A DNA stretch of 64,000 bases from Camelus dromedarius (lineage: Eukaryota), in NCBI RefSeq assembly GCF_036321535.1, contig NC_087446.1:59272001-59336000 (forward strand), read 5' to 3'. Numbering within the stretch: position 1 is the first letter of the stretch; each line of letters begins with the position of its first letter. The notes beneath the pieces were generated by a model. It was given only the letters and a program-made list of their open reading frames with translations. It did not search any database and was not told the DNA's origin. A program made the position numbers and the translations under genes. Positions 38,096 through 50,659 of this stretch are shown piece after piece.

Positions 38096-41000
38096 GCCAG
38101 TTTGTCTTGATGTCTGATCATCACCACACAGGACTTCCCCGCTCCCTCCCCTGAAACCTCTCATGGCGGCACCAGGCCTTTGCCTCCCCAGCCTCGACTG
38201 TACCCTGTCTTCATCACCTCCGTGCCCCTTAAAAGAAACCATCTCCTGTTTACTCTGGCTGAAGGCAGTGAGTAATAGCAGATGGACTTCTTTGTTTTGA
38301 AACACTTTCACATTTTCATGTGGCAAGAACGGTACCAAGAGCTTACAACATGAACTTTTTAGGAGGGAGGAGAGGCTGGCAGTTTTCAGATTCACATTCC
38401 AATACTGGTGGTCTATTTGGAGATGGTTGGAATAAGAAGCGTGTGGCTTCAGAGCTCAGCTTCGTCACACGACTGTGTCTGTGATTTCTACCGGGCCCCT
38501 GCCCGATTCCCCAGCGGCACTGTCAGTAATGGGCAAAGAGAACCCCAGAAGGCAGCTGTGAGGATGAAGTGACATAACATGTGTGGCCTTCTTTGGTGCC
38601 GCATAACACTCACTTGGTTATTGGAGAATGAACCAGTCTTGCCACTTCAGATTCTGCTGGCCTGCAAACCACAGTGGCATTTTTCCCTTTATTTTTATTT
38701 AAGAATCTCTCCTGATGTTTCTAAAATTAATGTGTATTTTGGTGTCACCCTTGCATGATCAGCATGGACACCATGAACCCACTGAACTGAGCCTAATATC
38801 TGAATGTCTAAAAGGTAAAAGCACTGTCCCCATTCTTTTTAATCCTGACTCCTAAACTACGTAGGTTTCTCTAATTTATAAACGAAAACTTTTCTCCCCA
38901 GGCAACAGGAGTATAAATGACCAAAACATAAAATACCCTGGCTGTCCAGCCTCCTGTCCTGTTGGGCGTCTAGGAATATATGCTTTGAAATGAACAATTC
39001 CAGTAATAATATTCACGTGCTCTGTGATGTGAATCTTTGGGGTGAAGTATTTGAGAGAATTAGGGGATTGACAGACAAAATAACTTTGTGGTGAAATATT
39101 TATGTAAAGTTTTTGAGAGTTAGGCAGTTTATAGCATAAAATCTTGAAAATGATAACAGTTATGAAAGGAAAACGGAAGTGTGATGTGGATTTCTCCCGG
39201 CCCCGCCCAGGCAAGAGCTGTGTGACCTCAAGTCCCTCACACGATGTCTCTGAATCTCCTTTTCTCCTGAGTGAAATGTATAGGAGAAATATTGAAATAT
39301 TTATTATATATTCTGAGATCAAAATAAAAAGTAATCTCATAATGACATCAAATACAGGAGATATCTTACAAATTTAGGTGCATCTAATCCTACCAGTTCA
39401 TTTTTTGGAAACATCAGTTCCCTTAAACTAGTTGTGAAACAGTTTTGTTTAATGATAGCTGTAGTCTCCTTTACACGATCTAAACGAGTTAGGACATCAC
39501 TGGAAGTTAACAGTGTATTCTTTATTCTGAGGTCAAATCGAGTTTTATTCTCATGATGTCTCAAGAAACACTTGTGAGAGATCATGAAAACCTTTGGGTC
39601 CCCAGGGACTTGCTTTGAGCAGATGCCTGCAGTCCCAGGGCTCTTTGACTTGCAGAAATGGTTAATGATTTTCTTGGAGGTGGGGGGAGAGGGGTCAGAG
39701 CCCTTTGTACATGAACCATTTGATCCACGTCAAGCAAGAATGTTCTTGCTATGCACAGTCCAGACGCTCAGGGATTACAGAGCTGGAAGCAGATTATAAA
39801 GAGATGGATGTGGCAGGCACGTTAATCCTGTTTGGTCTTGGATCCTGACCTCAGAGGGCCCTTCGTAGCAGCTCTCCGGGTAACGTGAACTTTGTTCTGT
39901 AGGTTCTTGTGCTGGGTGATTAATCAGACAGGCTTGAGGGTCTGACCTGTTCACACGGCCTGTGGCAGGTGTGCGCTGAGGGGGTCAGGGGCCGTGCACT
40001 TGTGCCCCAGCAGCCGGGGAGAGCTGATGGTCCGATAGTCACGAATACGCCTTGTTCTTCTCTTGCTGGGTTTTAGGTGATTTTATTAACGTTTCCAGGG
40101 TGATTGAAATAAGATATTTAAGGGGCCCACCAAGCTCGATGGAGTCAAGGCCCAGATAGGAGGGAAAGCAGTCTGGTTTGTGGGTGTTTCTTGGCAGTTT
40201 ACTGCTCTGATACTGTGGCCTCTAGAAAAATCATGTCACCCTGGAGTGATGTGCTTCAGGTGACAGCCAGACATGGATCTCCCTTGACGGGGAACCTTAG
40301 AGCCCTGAGGTGTGGGAGTAACGGCTTCCCCTCTGTTCTGCCGAGACAAATTTATAAACTCTGATTTGATTACATGAAGATGTGCCGGGATCATCCAACC
40401 TTCAACTAATGCACATCTGTCCTCGTAGATAATTCAAGCCTGCAGCTGTTTATCATCAAGGGCAATGGAGAGAGGGGATGAGAGTGGGTTTCAAATGCGC
40501 ATTTGATACCCACACGTGCTACGTTATCTGAGGTGATGTCTTGCGTTGTCCTTGGGACCGCCCCCAGCCTTCTACACTGAGTCTGGTTTGGTTTGTCTGC
40601 TGTTTCCCTGGTGCCTGAGCTTGGAAAGGTTTCAAGTGGACAGTGTGTGCCTCTTGGCTCTTCAGGGTTTTTTCATTCTCAAGAATTATCTCCCAAGAAG
40701 TATATGCTTTAAGCCTAAACCTGCTTTTAAGACAGGCAGCTATGATCGAGTGTGTGAGTGAGTGAAAACAGCTGATCCTCCACTTCGACCTCACCCTTGA
40801 CCTTGGGAGCAGGTTGTTAAGCCCGAGAGCCTGGCTTCAGTCACAGGGAGGCAGCTTCCCCGCCACTCTGCTTTGCTTGATGACGCAGTCTTGGACAAAT
40901 CCACTCCAATCCCACCTCTTTCCCCGTTTAACCCCTTTTGCAAAACTGCGTATGAGTTTCAAAATCTCAAATTAAAAAATGGCAGGCTAGAGTGGTTGAC

Positions 41001-42830
41001 ATTTTTCCTATTTACTATCAGTTGCATCAAGAAAAAGCCATAAGAATTTTAGTGTGAAACTGGCACTGCCCAGGGCTTCAGGGGCAGAGCTGACACTTGG
41101 CTTCCCTACGAGCACTGCCTGGCTTTAGGGAAGACTCTGAAGACATTAGCCTTTATAATTGAACCTCACTGCTTCCAGCACCTTATTTTGAAAATGAATA
41201 TAAATGCGTGTTTTGTTTATTCCAGATTGGGAGGGTCAGAGACTTGTCGTGGAGGCCCTCTAAACCTACTGTGCAGACCTAAGAAAATGCATTCTACACA
41301 GCAGAACAAAATCATTATGAGAAGGAATCCCTACCTTTTCTTCTTTAAAAAAAAAAAAAAGAAATCAGTCTTTCTGTGCAGTTGCTACACATATGGAAAA
41401 GCCCTGGTCCTACAAAATATTCTGAATAAAAAGTTGGGCACATAAAGCCAGAGCCATCGCCCCATAGGGTCCCTTGAGAATTGATCTCAGTGTGAGGAAA
41501 CAAGATAATGTCATACATCCTTTAAGTATGTTGAAGCTAAATATGCTTTGAGAGAGGCCGGTAGGATTCACTGAGCTTTACTTGGGCAAAAACTTACCCA
41601 CAGATTGTCTTCTGTGCTTTAGTTGCTTTATGTGTGAACTGAGGTAGTTACAGGACCCTCACAGGATTGGGATGAGGATTAACAAGTGTTACAACAGGGC
41701 CTGGATCGGGGACAAGATAAAACCTCGTAGTTTTCAAATATAACTATGTATGAAGAACTTCTTCATGGCCATCCTGCCATCGGGACTACTGTGGCCTTTT
41801 ATAAAATTTCTCCATCCCACTTGCAGAAGCAAAGAGATTGAAGATCTGCAGGCGAATCCTTTCTGCTGACTTGAGTTATTCTCTCTACAAATGAATGCCT
41901 TTCCCCAGATTTTTACTTGGGAAGAGGCAGCATTAGGCATATGAATATGGAAACCTTATATGTTCTATGTAAATGAACACTTTTTACCCCTTATTCTATA
42001 CATTAAACTGTTATAGAGTTGACAGATCTAGGCAATTTTGTTTAATATCTCTATTAGTATTCTGGTTTCCATGTGTCTCCTTTATCATAAGATCTACATT
42101 TTACCATTTTAAAGCTGTTCTGGGGGGGCATGCTCCTCCTCTGACAGATGAGCGCCCCCGTGTAGAAATTTAAATGTGACTTATCCTTGACATCCACATA
42201 AACCAGACGGAATTGTATTTAATATCCAATTCTGTAGTTGCCTGTATCTACAGGCTTGGCTCTTACTACTTTGAGATTTTTAAAGAGCAATTAAGATGGA
42301 GAGTATTCTTTATGAAAGACTCTAACCCCTACATATTTAAGCCTCAGCCATTTCACATTTTTCCTTTTTTATTTTTTTAAACCCAAACCAGAAAATTCCA
42401 CTCCTGCACTATAAATCAGGCAGCCAGCCTTGGCTCTGGAAGAGCCGTCTCATTTGACCGTTAGTGTGACCGTTAGTGATCACCAGTGGCTTGGCTGACA
42501 TTATTAATTTCATTTCATTCATGACCTTAGACTTCTATCATGATAAATCATCTTGAAATGCAAGGCTTCCAGTCCTCCTCTATAATCTGATGAGGTTCTT
42601 CCCCTCCCAAGGGCAAGAAAGAGGAGAGATTATTCAATTTTTAAAAAAGATTTAGATTGAATGCTGAAAATCCTCATTTTGATAACTTCCTCTCGTGTAC
42701 TGAGAGGTCTAAACATTAAAACAATTAATTTATATACAGTTTTTCTAGTTAGAAGATTTTACAAAGCATTTCCTACCCTGGAATGTGCCTTCTCATTTCA
42801 CACAAGAATATTTTTACTTTCTGTATTCTG

Positions 42831-43350
42831 CTGATGGGAGTGGAAATGGGAACAGCTAACTACCTTGGAAAAGGATTTTGCCCAGCAGTTCCACTCCAGG
42901 GTACACAGCAAACGAAGTGTGGACCTCTGTTCACACCAAAAGACTAGAATGTGCATGGCAGCCTTGTTTGTAAGAGCCAAAACTGGAAGCTACCCGAGTG
43001 CCCGTGGAGAGCAGAATGGTAATAAAACTGGCACAGTCACAGGGTGGAATAAACAAGTTGTAACTACACGCAACGACGTGGATGCATCTCGCAGAGTTAA
43101 CCTCCAGCCTCTGGATTCCATGGGAAGTCTAGAAACAGGCACGCCCAACTGGGAAGTGTGGGGACAGTGCTTTGCTCGGGGGCAGCAGCAGGGATTGAAT
43201 GGAGTCCCGACCCCAGGGTGCTGGTGATGTTCTGGTTTTTGATCTGGATGCTAGTTCCGTGGGTGTGTTTAATTTGTGAAAATCCATCCCCCTGCATACA
43301 TGTGGTCTGAGCACTGTACTGTACATATATAATACTTCATTGAAAAGCTG
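42831..43350 (+). mobile_element. Old LINE-1 3' end (L1ME/MD-like)
   Basis: tgctgatgggagtggaaatgg...cccagcagttccactccagggta...tgctggtgatgttctggtttttgatctggatgctagtt...atacttcattgaaaa. Confidence 0.7.
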
Positions 43351-43604
43351 TTGTTTTTTTTTTTTTTTAAGTATATTGACTTCATTTAAGTGTATATCAC
43401 CCTCTGTAGGAGGGGCCTTCCTGTGAGAGCTCCAGGCCAAACAGCAGGACAGGTTTCCCAGAAAGCCACAGGCCTGCTGCCTCTCTGTCCCACTCTGCTG
43501 TCTCCCCTAAGAGTAGCTCCAAAAGCCCCCCACACCTCGCCGCCCCCTGCTTCCCTGCCTCTGCTCTTGCCGCCCGTGCCCCAGCGCCCTGAAAAGCCTT
43601 TTCA

Positions 43605-44737
43605 CCTAGAGGAAAACATAGGCAGAACACTCTTTGGCATTAATCACAGCAATATTTTTTTCGGATTCATCTCTTAGAGTAATAGAAACAGAAGCACAAA
43701 TAAACAAATGGGACCTATCTAATTAAACTTAAAAGCTTTTACACAGCAAAGGAAACTATCAACAAAGTGAAAAGAATGGGAGAAATATTTGCAAGTGATG
43801 CTGCCAACAAGAGCGTAATTTTTAAAATATATAAGCAGCTCATACTACTCAATATCAAAAAACAAAACAAAACAAAACAAAAAACAATCTAAAAATGTAC
43901 AGAAGACCTAAATAGGTATTTCTCCAAAGAAGACCTGCAGATGGCCAATAGGCACATGGAGAGATGCTCAACATTGCTAATTATTAGAGAAATGCAAATC
44001 AAAACTACAACAAGGTATCTATCACCTCACGCTGATCAGAATGACCATCATCAAAAAGTCTACAAATAATAAATGCTGGAGAGNNNNNNNNNNNNNNNNN
44101 NNNNNNNNNNNNNNNNNNNNNNNNNNNNNNNNNNNNNNNNNNNNNNNNNNNNNNNNNNNNNNNNNNNNNNNNNNNNNNNNNNNNNNNNNNNNNNNNNNNN
44201 NNNNNNNNNNNNNNNNNNNNNNNNNNNTGAAAAAGATGAGAACTCTAATTTGAAAAGATACATGCACTTCAGTGTTCATAGCAGCACTATAATAGCCAAG
44301 ACATGGAAGCAACCTAAATGTCTATTGACAGATGAATGGGTANNNNNNNNNNNNNNNNNNNNNNNNNNNNNNNNNNNNNNNNNNNNNNNNNNNNNNNNNN
44401 NNNNNNNNNNNNNNNNNNNNNNNNNNNNNNNNNNNNNNNNNNNNNNNNNNNNNNNNNNNNNNNNNNNNNNNNNNNNNNNNNNNNNNNNNNNNNNNNNNNN
44501 NNNNNNNNNNNNNNNNNNNNNNTGTGGAATCTTATAGTAACACAAACGAACTTATTTACAAAACAGATTCACAGACATAGAAAACAAACTTACAGTTAAC
44601 AAAGCAGAAAGGAGGGGGATAAATTGGAAATCTGGGATTAATAGATACTACTATATATAAAATAGGTAAACAAGGACCTCCTGATTAGCACTGTATTCAA
44701 CATCTCATAATAACCTATAATGGAATCTGAAAAAGAA

Positions 44738-44795
<58 letters not shown>

Positions 44796-44910
44796 TACAT
44801 ACATACATATAACTGAATCATTTTGCTATACACCTGAAACACTGTAAACCAACTATACTTCAATAAAAAATTTTAAAAGTTAAAATTAAAAAATCTGTTT
44901 AAAATAATGA
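43605..44910 (+). mobile_element. 5'-truncated LINE-1 (ORF2 3' part and 3' UTR)
   Basis: cctagaggaaaacataggc...aaatgggacc...attagagaaatgcaaatcaaaactacaa...aactatacttcaataaaaaa. Possible degenerate TSD aaaagccttttca / aaaagtctttccc. Internal N masks at 44084-44227 and 44343-44522. Confidence 0.9.
44741..44810. repeat. Compound microsatellite (AT)n(AC)n(ATAC)n inside the L1 3' UTR
   Basis: Read directly; about 70 nt of alternating purine-pyrimidine. Confidence 0.95.
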
Positions 44911-46899
44911 AAAAAAGTCTTTCCCATTCTCTCTGACCCCACCCAGTGACCCCACTGGGCATAGCTCCCTGTCCACCCGTGAGCCTTCCTCGTTCTTCCC
45001 TGCTAGTGCGTGAGCTCCGAGCGGAGGGGCATCTTTTTGGTTTGAATCCCTAACCCCTGATACCCACACCTGCAGGAGTTCATGTGTTACGTGCTTGAAT
45101 TCCATTGGCTGGCTACCCCAAAACCTGGGACAGTCCCCTCCTTGGCTGGAACTACTCACTGGCAAGCTGATGACAAGGCAGCAGTAGGACATTTTATTGA
45201 AAGGAGGAAGCAGTTTGTGTTCCCCAGCAGGCAATTTTGAGTAACCTCCAGAACCACGGTCTCAGTGTCCACAGGAAACCTGGTGCCCAGCCTCCTCCCA
45301 GAACCAGTACGTATGTGTTACTCCCTGGGGTCTGGGCTCCTGCTTCCACTCCCTGGTTTCTTCCTGCCTGGCCAAGAAGCTCAAAGCTCTGCACAAGCCC
45401 AGGAGGATGGGGCTCAGATCCATGTGCTCTGGAGAAAGACGACCGGGGTTCAGGTCAGTCACACATTCTGTGCTGGTGAGAGACTTCCTAGGGGATCCCA
45501 GGAGGCAGCTCTTCTTCAGGCCTGTCTCCTCCTGTTATGGCTCCATCAGAGACTCTCAACAGGATGGATGGCTGGGTTTCTTCAGTGTGGTGCTCACCTC
45601 CAGCCCCTTCCCTTGAAGCTAGCTTCTGCTCAGGGCTAGAGAGGAGAGCAGCTAGAAGACGTCTGCTCCTCCTCTTCGCTGTCCCTGGTGTCCTGCCACT
45701 TCTCGGCATGGCAGAGTACTCCCGTGTCCTTTCCCTAGAGAGGATGCCTCTTCTCGTCCCTGGCTGAATGTAACCATATCTGGAAGTGTGTTCTCATCAG
45801 CTGCCCAGACACCAAGTGGCAAGGATACGTCTTACCCTCATGTTAGCAAACCTGCACTCTCCAGAGTCCTTAAAAGACTCTTGGTGACCTGCCTTTGGTT
45901 TTGCTGGGGCAGTGGTGACCAAGCTTCCCCCCCAGGTGCCCTTTGTGGTTCGCACCTGACCCTTCCCTCCCCTTAGTTATGAGCACTCTGTATTCCTTGG
46001 CAGAAAGTCTCAAAATTTAGCTAGGTTAAAAATGGAGGTACAAAAAGAGGTCCAATTTTTCTTTACATGGGGCAGGTCAGCACACTTTACGTTGGATCTT
46101 AGAATAAAATACATTTCTCAGTTTCCAGTCAGCATGCTTATTAGGCAAAGAAGAGACATAACATTCTGTAGACGTTGTCAGGACTGCGAAGTCATCATGG
46201 GTTTTTTTTAATGGTGTGACTGTACCCACACACACGTGGTTTTACAGGAAGGTGTCTATCGAATTAGGAAAGGTTAACTAAATCCAAAATATGTTAACAT
46301 GTGTCCAAGATTGTTTTTATGTGCCATGGGCCTTAGTTTTAATTTTTTCAAAAGATTGAAAGCTATGTTGTATTATTTTGTAAAGTTTAAATAAAAACTA
46401 AAATGTAATTGTGGAAAGCAGGTCAGAATTTTCTATACTCATTCTTCCAGCAAATACTTAAAGCCTTTACTGTGTTTGGTGCTAGGCAGGGCACTAGAGT
46501 GTAGCTAAGGTTTTAAAAATAATGAACACACTCAAGTGTAGCTAGTATTACGTGTGCCACCAGACAGATGTTTCTAACATACATATATCCAAATAGCATC
46601 CAAATAGCAGAAAGAAAAAGCTAAAATATACCCCCCCCCAAAAAAAACCTAAAAAGAAAGAAAGAAGGAAGCCAAAGATGAGGATGGGGATGGGGATTTT
46701 AAAGTGTAGTAAAAATATGTCCTGGGGGATATGTCCGAGGTACACAGGGAATACGTATAGATTCTATGGTAGGCGTGGCTGTAGCAGAAAATGTCTTGTG
46801 ACATGTGAAATGTGCTGTGGCAATTAGCCAGAGGAAGAAAAATAACCCGAAAGAGGGAGAAATCCAAGGGTGTGACATCCAGATCAGTGGGGGATGAAC

Positions 46900-46985
46900 A
46901 TCACAGTATTTCCTCAGAGCTCAGGCACTTTTTTCCTTTTACGTTTTGACATATCTGAAGTGGGGACATTCTACAGTTGGCTGGG
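46900..46985 (+). mobile_element. MER104-like Tc2 MITE fragment
   Basis: cagtatttc...ttttacgttttgacatatctgaagtgggga. Confidence 0.35.
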
Positions 46986-47039
46986 GCTGTCAGCCAGGTG
47001 GCAGGCAGGACACGGCTGTTACCCCCCGGGCGTGAGCAA

Positions 47040-47460
47040 ACATGAAAAGAGCAGCTCCCGACTGCAGGCTGGGCGTCCAGCGCTTGGAGGAAACCCCTGC
47101 AGACAGAAAGCGAGGCGCGCTTTCAGCCTCTTCGGATCCAACAGTCACGTGGCGGGGCGGGGGGTGGGGTGGGGACCAGACTTGCTCAGACACGTTCCCG
47201 AAGTGGAGTCACGGAGTAAGTGGGCTCCGGATGACTGCAGTTTGGCTTCACAACGTCACACCCCTGCCTCCGAGGCCTGTGGGGCTTTTGTGGCTTGTGC
47301 AGGAAATGCTGCGTCACCCACGCGCCCCTGAAACACTGGCCGCGCGGGGGCGGGGGGGGGGGCGGAAATCACCAACGTGGAATGATTCGGAGTCAGAATG
47401 TGATGGGCGCCCGCGCCGCAGGAGTCTAAACGCAAGAACGTTTGGAACAACCATAACCAG
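47040..47460. promoter_or_regulatory. Second CpG-rich patch with E-box and G-quadruplex motif
   Basis: gtCACGTG (47146-47151) followed by GGGG-C-GGGGGG-T-GGGG-T-GGGG (47154-47174); many CpGs. Confidence 0.35.
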
Positions 47461-48808
47461 CACCTCACTTACATATCCCTTCCTAAATATGCACGGTAGT
47501 TATAGAATTTTAAGTCTACAAGGAGTGCTTTCAAAAATAATAAATAAAAAATTGAAAAAGGCAAGAAAGCATTCTGCCTAGTTTAATTGGCAGCCTTTTC
47601 CCTTCTTCTAGTACCAAAATAATGGCACAGTTATAAAGGGCGTCGTAGAACAGATGAAATACAGAAGCCTGTTGTTGTGACAGGAGAAGCAGGTGGTCTG
47701 TGGGAACCTTGAGGGGTTCTGCATGTGAAGGGGCGATGGATGTCACAGGTGACACAGGGTTCCGGGTCCCTCTGAACCTGCTTATGCTCAGAGGAAGAGG
47801 CGAGGTGGCCCCTCAAATAGCGAGTTGCTGGGGAGTTCCCACTACCCTGCGGACTTCTGGTACAACTGCCCAAGCAAACGTATACCAGCAGAGAGGGCAC
47901 AGGGCCACAAGATGTACTTAGGGATGGCTCTTGGATCCAAACCCATTTGTTGTGCAATATGTATGTGTATCGTGTGTCTATATTTATACACGCGTCCTCA
48001 TGTTTGTATACATGTATGTCACGTACAGATCTGTGTATATATGACCCTGCTCACACAAGCTCGTACACATTGACACGCACAGACGGCACAGTGTGATAAC
48101 CTGCTTTTTACAAATACATCAGCATTTTCATGTGATTACATATTCTCTACAGCACCTTTGTAAGTGACAGTGTAGATTCTTTTGGATGGATTTATGCTAG
48201 TTTAACCCCTCATATCATTAAATGATTTCTCCTCGCTACTTCAGGAGCATCCTTGTGGCCAAGCTATGTACAGATCCGTAATTTTTTTGTTGACAGGATC
48301 CTTGTGGGAACTTGGCTATGGTTCAGACTTTTCATGGCCCAGGAGCAACAGGACCCATTGTTGTCCCGTCGTCGCTCACTTACTGTCTTTCGTAAATGTG
48401 TGTGCAGGATAAGGGCCAGCCTGAGGGTTAGGATGGGCGTTACGGGTGGGCTGTTAGGCTCACGCTGTAGAACCGCCCAGTCCTGGATGGTGACCTTGGG
48501 TGAGGGTCCTAAGCTCTCTGGATCTTAGTCCCCTCATTTGGAAATTGAGTCGATGACATGTGCTTAGTAGGGTTGTTGAGGTGTATCAAGTACCTGGTGT
48601 GTAGTGACCCCTGAATCAGTGTTAACTCCAGCTTGGAAGGGGTTAGGGGGAGACAGAAACGCCATACTCATACAGCCCCACAGTTCTGCGAGGTGATAAA
48701 GGGCATGTAAAGGTGCTGCTGTTTGTTGACTATTGATGCCTCTGGTCCTTAGTTTTTGCGGGTGGACCAGAATAAAGGAGAGGAAGAAAATCCTGTCTGC
48801 TCTGTAAG

Positions 48809-48965
48809 CACAGCTGGCTTCATGGATGTGTGGTTCGTGCCGTTGCCCAGGGCCCTGCACCTGATTTAATGCTCTGCTTGTCACCATCTTGAAATTTTTC
48901 ATTTTGAAGACAGGCTTCACATTCTCCTTTTACACTGGGCCCCTCAAATTAGGTAGCCAGTCCCG
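48809..48965 (+). mobile_element. MER45A (hAT MITE)
   Basis: ctggcttcatggatgtg...tttaatgctctgcttgtcaccatcttgaaattt...cactgggcccctcaaattaggtagccagtccc. Confidence 0.75.
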
Positions 48966-49089
48966 CCCATGAGGTTGTTGCAGGGTGTGAAACGAGAGCT
49001 CACAGAACACTGACTGCAGTACTCAGGATCCAGGAGGACTCAATAATCAGTGGATGAATAAATTCTTCTCTTTTTATGAGCAGAGACAA

Positions 49090-49275
49090 TCATGGTAAGT
49101 GCATTATAGTTGTCGTTTCATTTCATTATCAAAACAGTGTGAGATAAATCTGCAGTTAATCTCATTGTACAGGTAAGGAAACTGGGTCCCAAGAAATGAA
49201 ATCACCCACTAAAATCACTCAGCTTATAAATGCAGAGCTTGGATTCAAACCCAAGTCCATGTCACCCAAAGCCCA
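49090..49275 (-). mobile_element. MIR SINE
   Basis: cattgtacaggtaaggaaactggg...gcagagcttggattcaaacccaagtc. Confidence 0.75.
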
Positions 49276-50659
49276 CCCCACTGACCTGCTCTATAAATAT
49301 TAGTTCCTTCCTTCCTCATTCCCGGGGAGCCTGTCTGTAAAACCCAGTGTTTAAGTGTCCTTGAACCCACAGGCAGCTGAAGCCTCATCCCCAGCAGAGG
49401 TTTCAGAGCCCCTTGAAGATGGTCCAGAATCCTACCCCCTCCACCCCGAACTGAAACCTGCTAGAGTGACAGCAGACAGGACAGCTCCCCTTCTCTCCCT
49501 CAGTCCTGTCCCCAAGCCTGCTAAGCATCACTAGCTCAGAGTTCCATTAGCCATCCCAGTCTGTCCAGCCTGGGGACAATTCAGCTGCTTCCTTTGACTC
49601 CTGATGTGCTTAGCATCTGATAACCAGCATCCAGCTATACCTCTGAACCACCATGAGAGTCAATGGGGAATCTGCCGGTGTCGGGTCCTGGGAAGGAGGC
49701 TGTGGGAGATGCCTGTTTCCAGTAGACTGAGGACATGGCCATCTGTCCTGTGGCAGGGATCCCTCGCTTCCCTGCAGTGCCAGGCCATGATTTCTCTGCC
49801 CGCTCTTTTCCCTGCCAGAGAGAGAGAGAGAGAGAAATCCATTCCACCACACCACTAATAAGCAGGTGTATGTCTTGTGCAGGGAAGCTCCGCTGCAGGT
49901 CTGCTTATGGTGTGTGGCCTCTGAGCAGGGAAGTTGATACTTGAGCAATCCCTCTCTTGGNNNNNNNNNNNNNNNNNNNNNNNNNNNNNNNNNNNNNNNN
50001 NNNNNNNNNNNNNNNNNNNNNNNNNNNNNNNNNNNNNNNNNNNNNNNNNNNNNNNNNNNNNNNNNNNNNNNNNNNNNNNNNNNNNNNNGCTCTGGAATAG
50101 TCTTCCAATTACATGATCAAATTACTGCAGAGCAAAATGGAGGGAGTCCAACAGAAAGTTCCTGTCTGATGTAGCCAGCCCCAGCTCGCTCTCTCAGGCC
50201 ATTGTGTTGACATTGAGACTCACAAGCAGCCTTTGGAGGAGGCAAGGCTGCGATGACTAGGAGTATGAGCAGGGGGAGCGCAGAGAAAGCCGGGGGGAGA
50301 GAGTCAGGGCAGGGGGAGTGTTACTGCCTCCTCAACATGCCGTTCAGCAGAGCAAAACCATCTCGGATTTGAATCAAAAAGTGAACCTTTTCCTTATTTG
50401 AGAGAGGCATGTCTCTGATTCCAATTCATTTATTATCTCAAATGAAAAAGTCACATCCCTTTATAAATTGCATTCATGATGTTTTTACTTGTTGATATTC
50501 TCTTTGTATTTAGATTCTTAAATCTATTTAGCGCCCTTAAATATGAGAACCATTTTTTAGTTTTTGAAAGTGGCCTGTCTCAATTTGCAAAACATCCTTG
50601 GGTCGTGTTTTTTTCCCTCTAAATATGTGTATGTGTTTTTTTTCTCCCCCTTTTCTTTT

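Noticed and set aside
45615-45626. 12-bp palindrome GAAGCTAGCTTC
   Set aside because: About 15 palindromes of this length are expected by chance in 64 kb.
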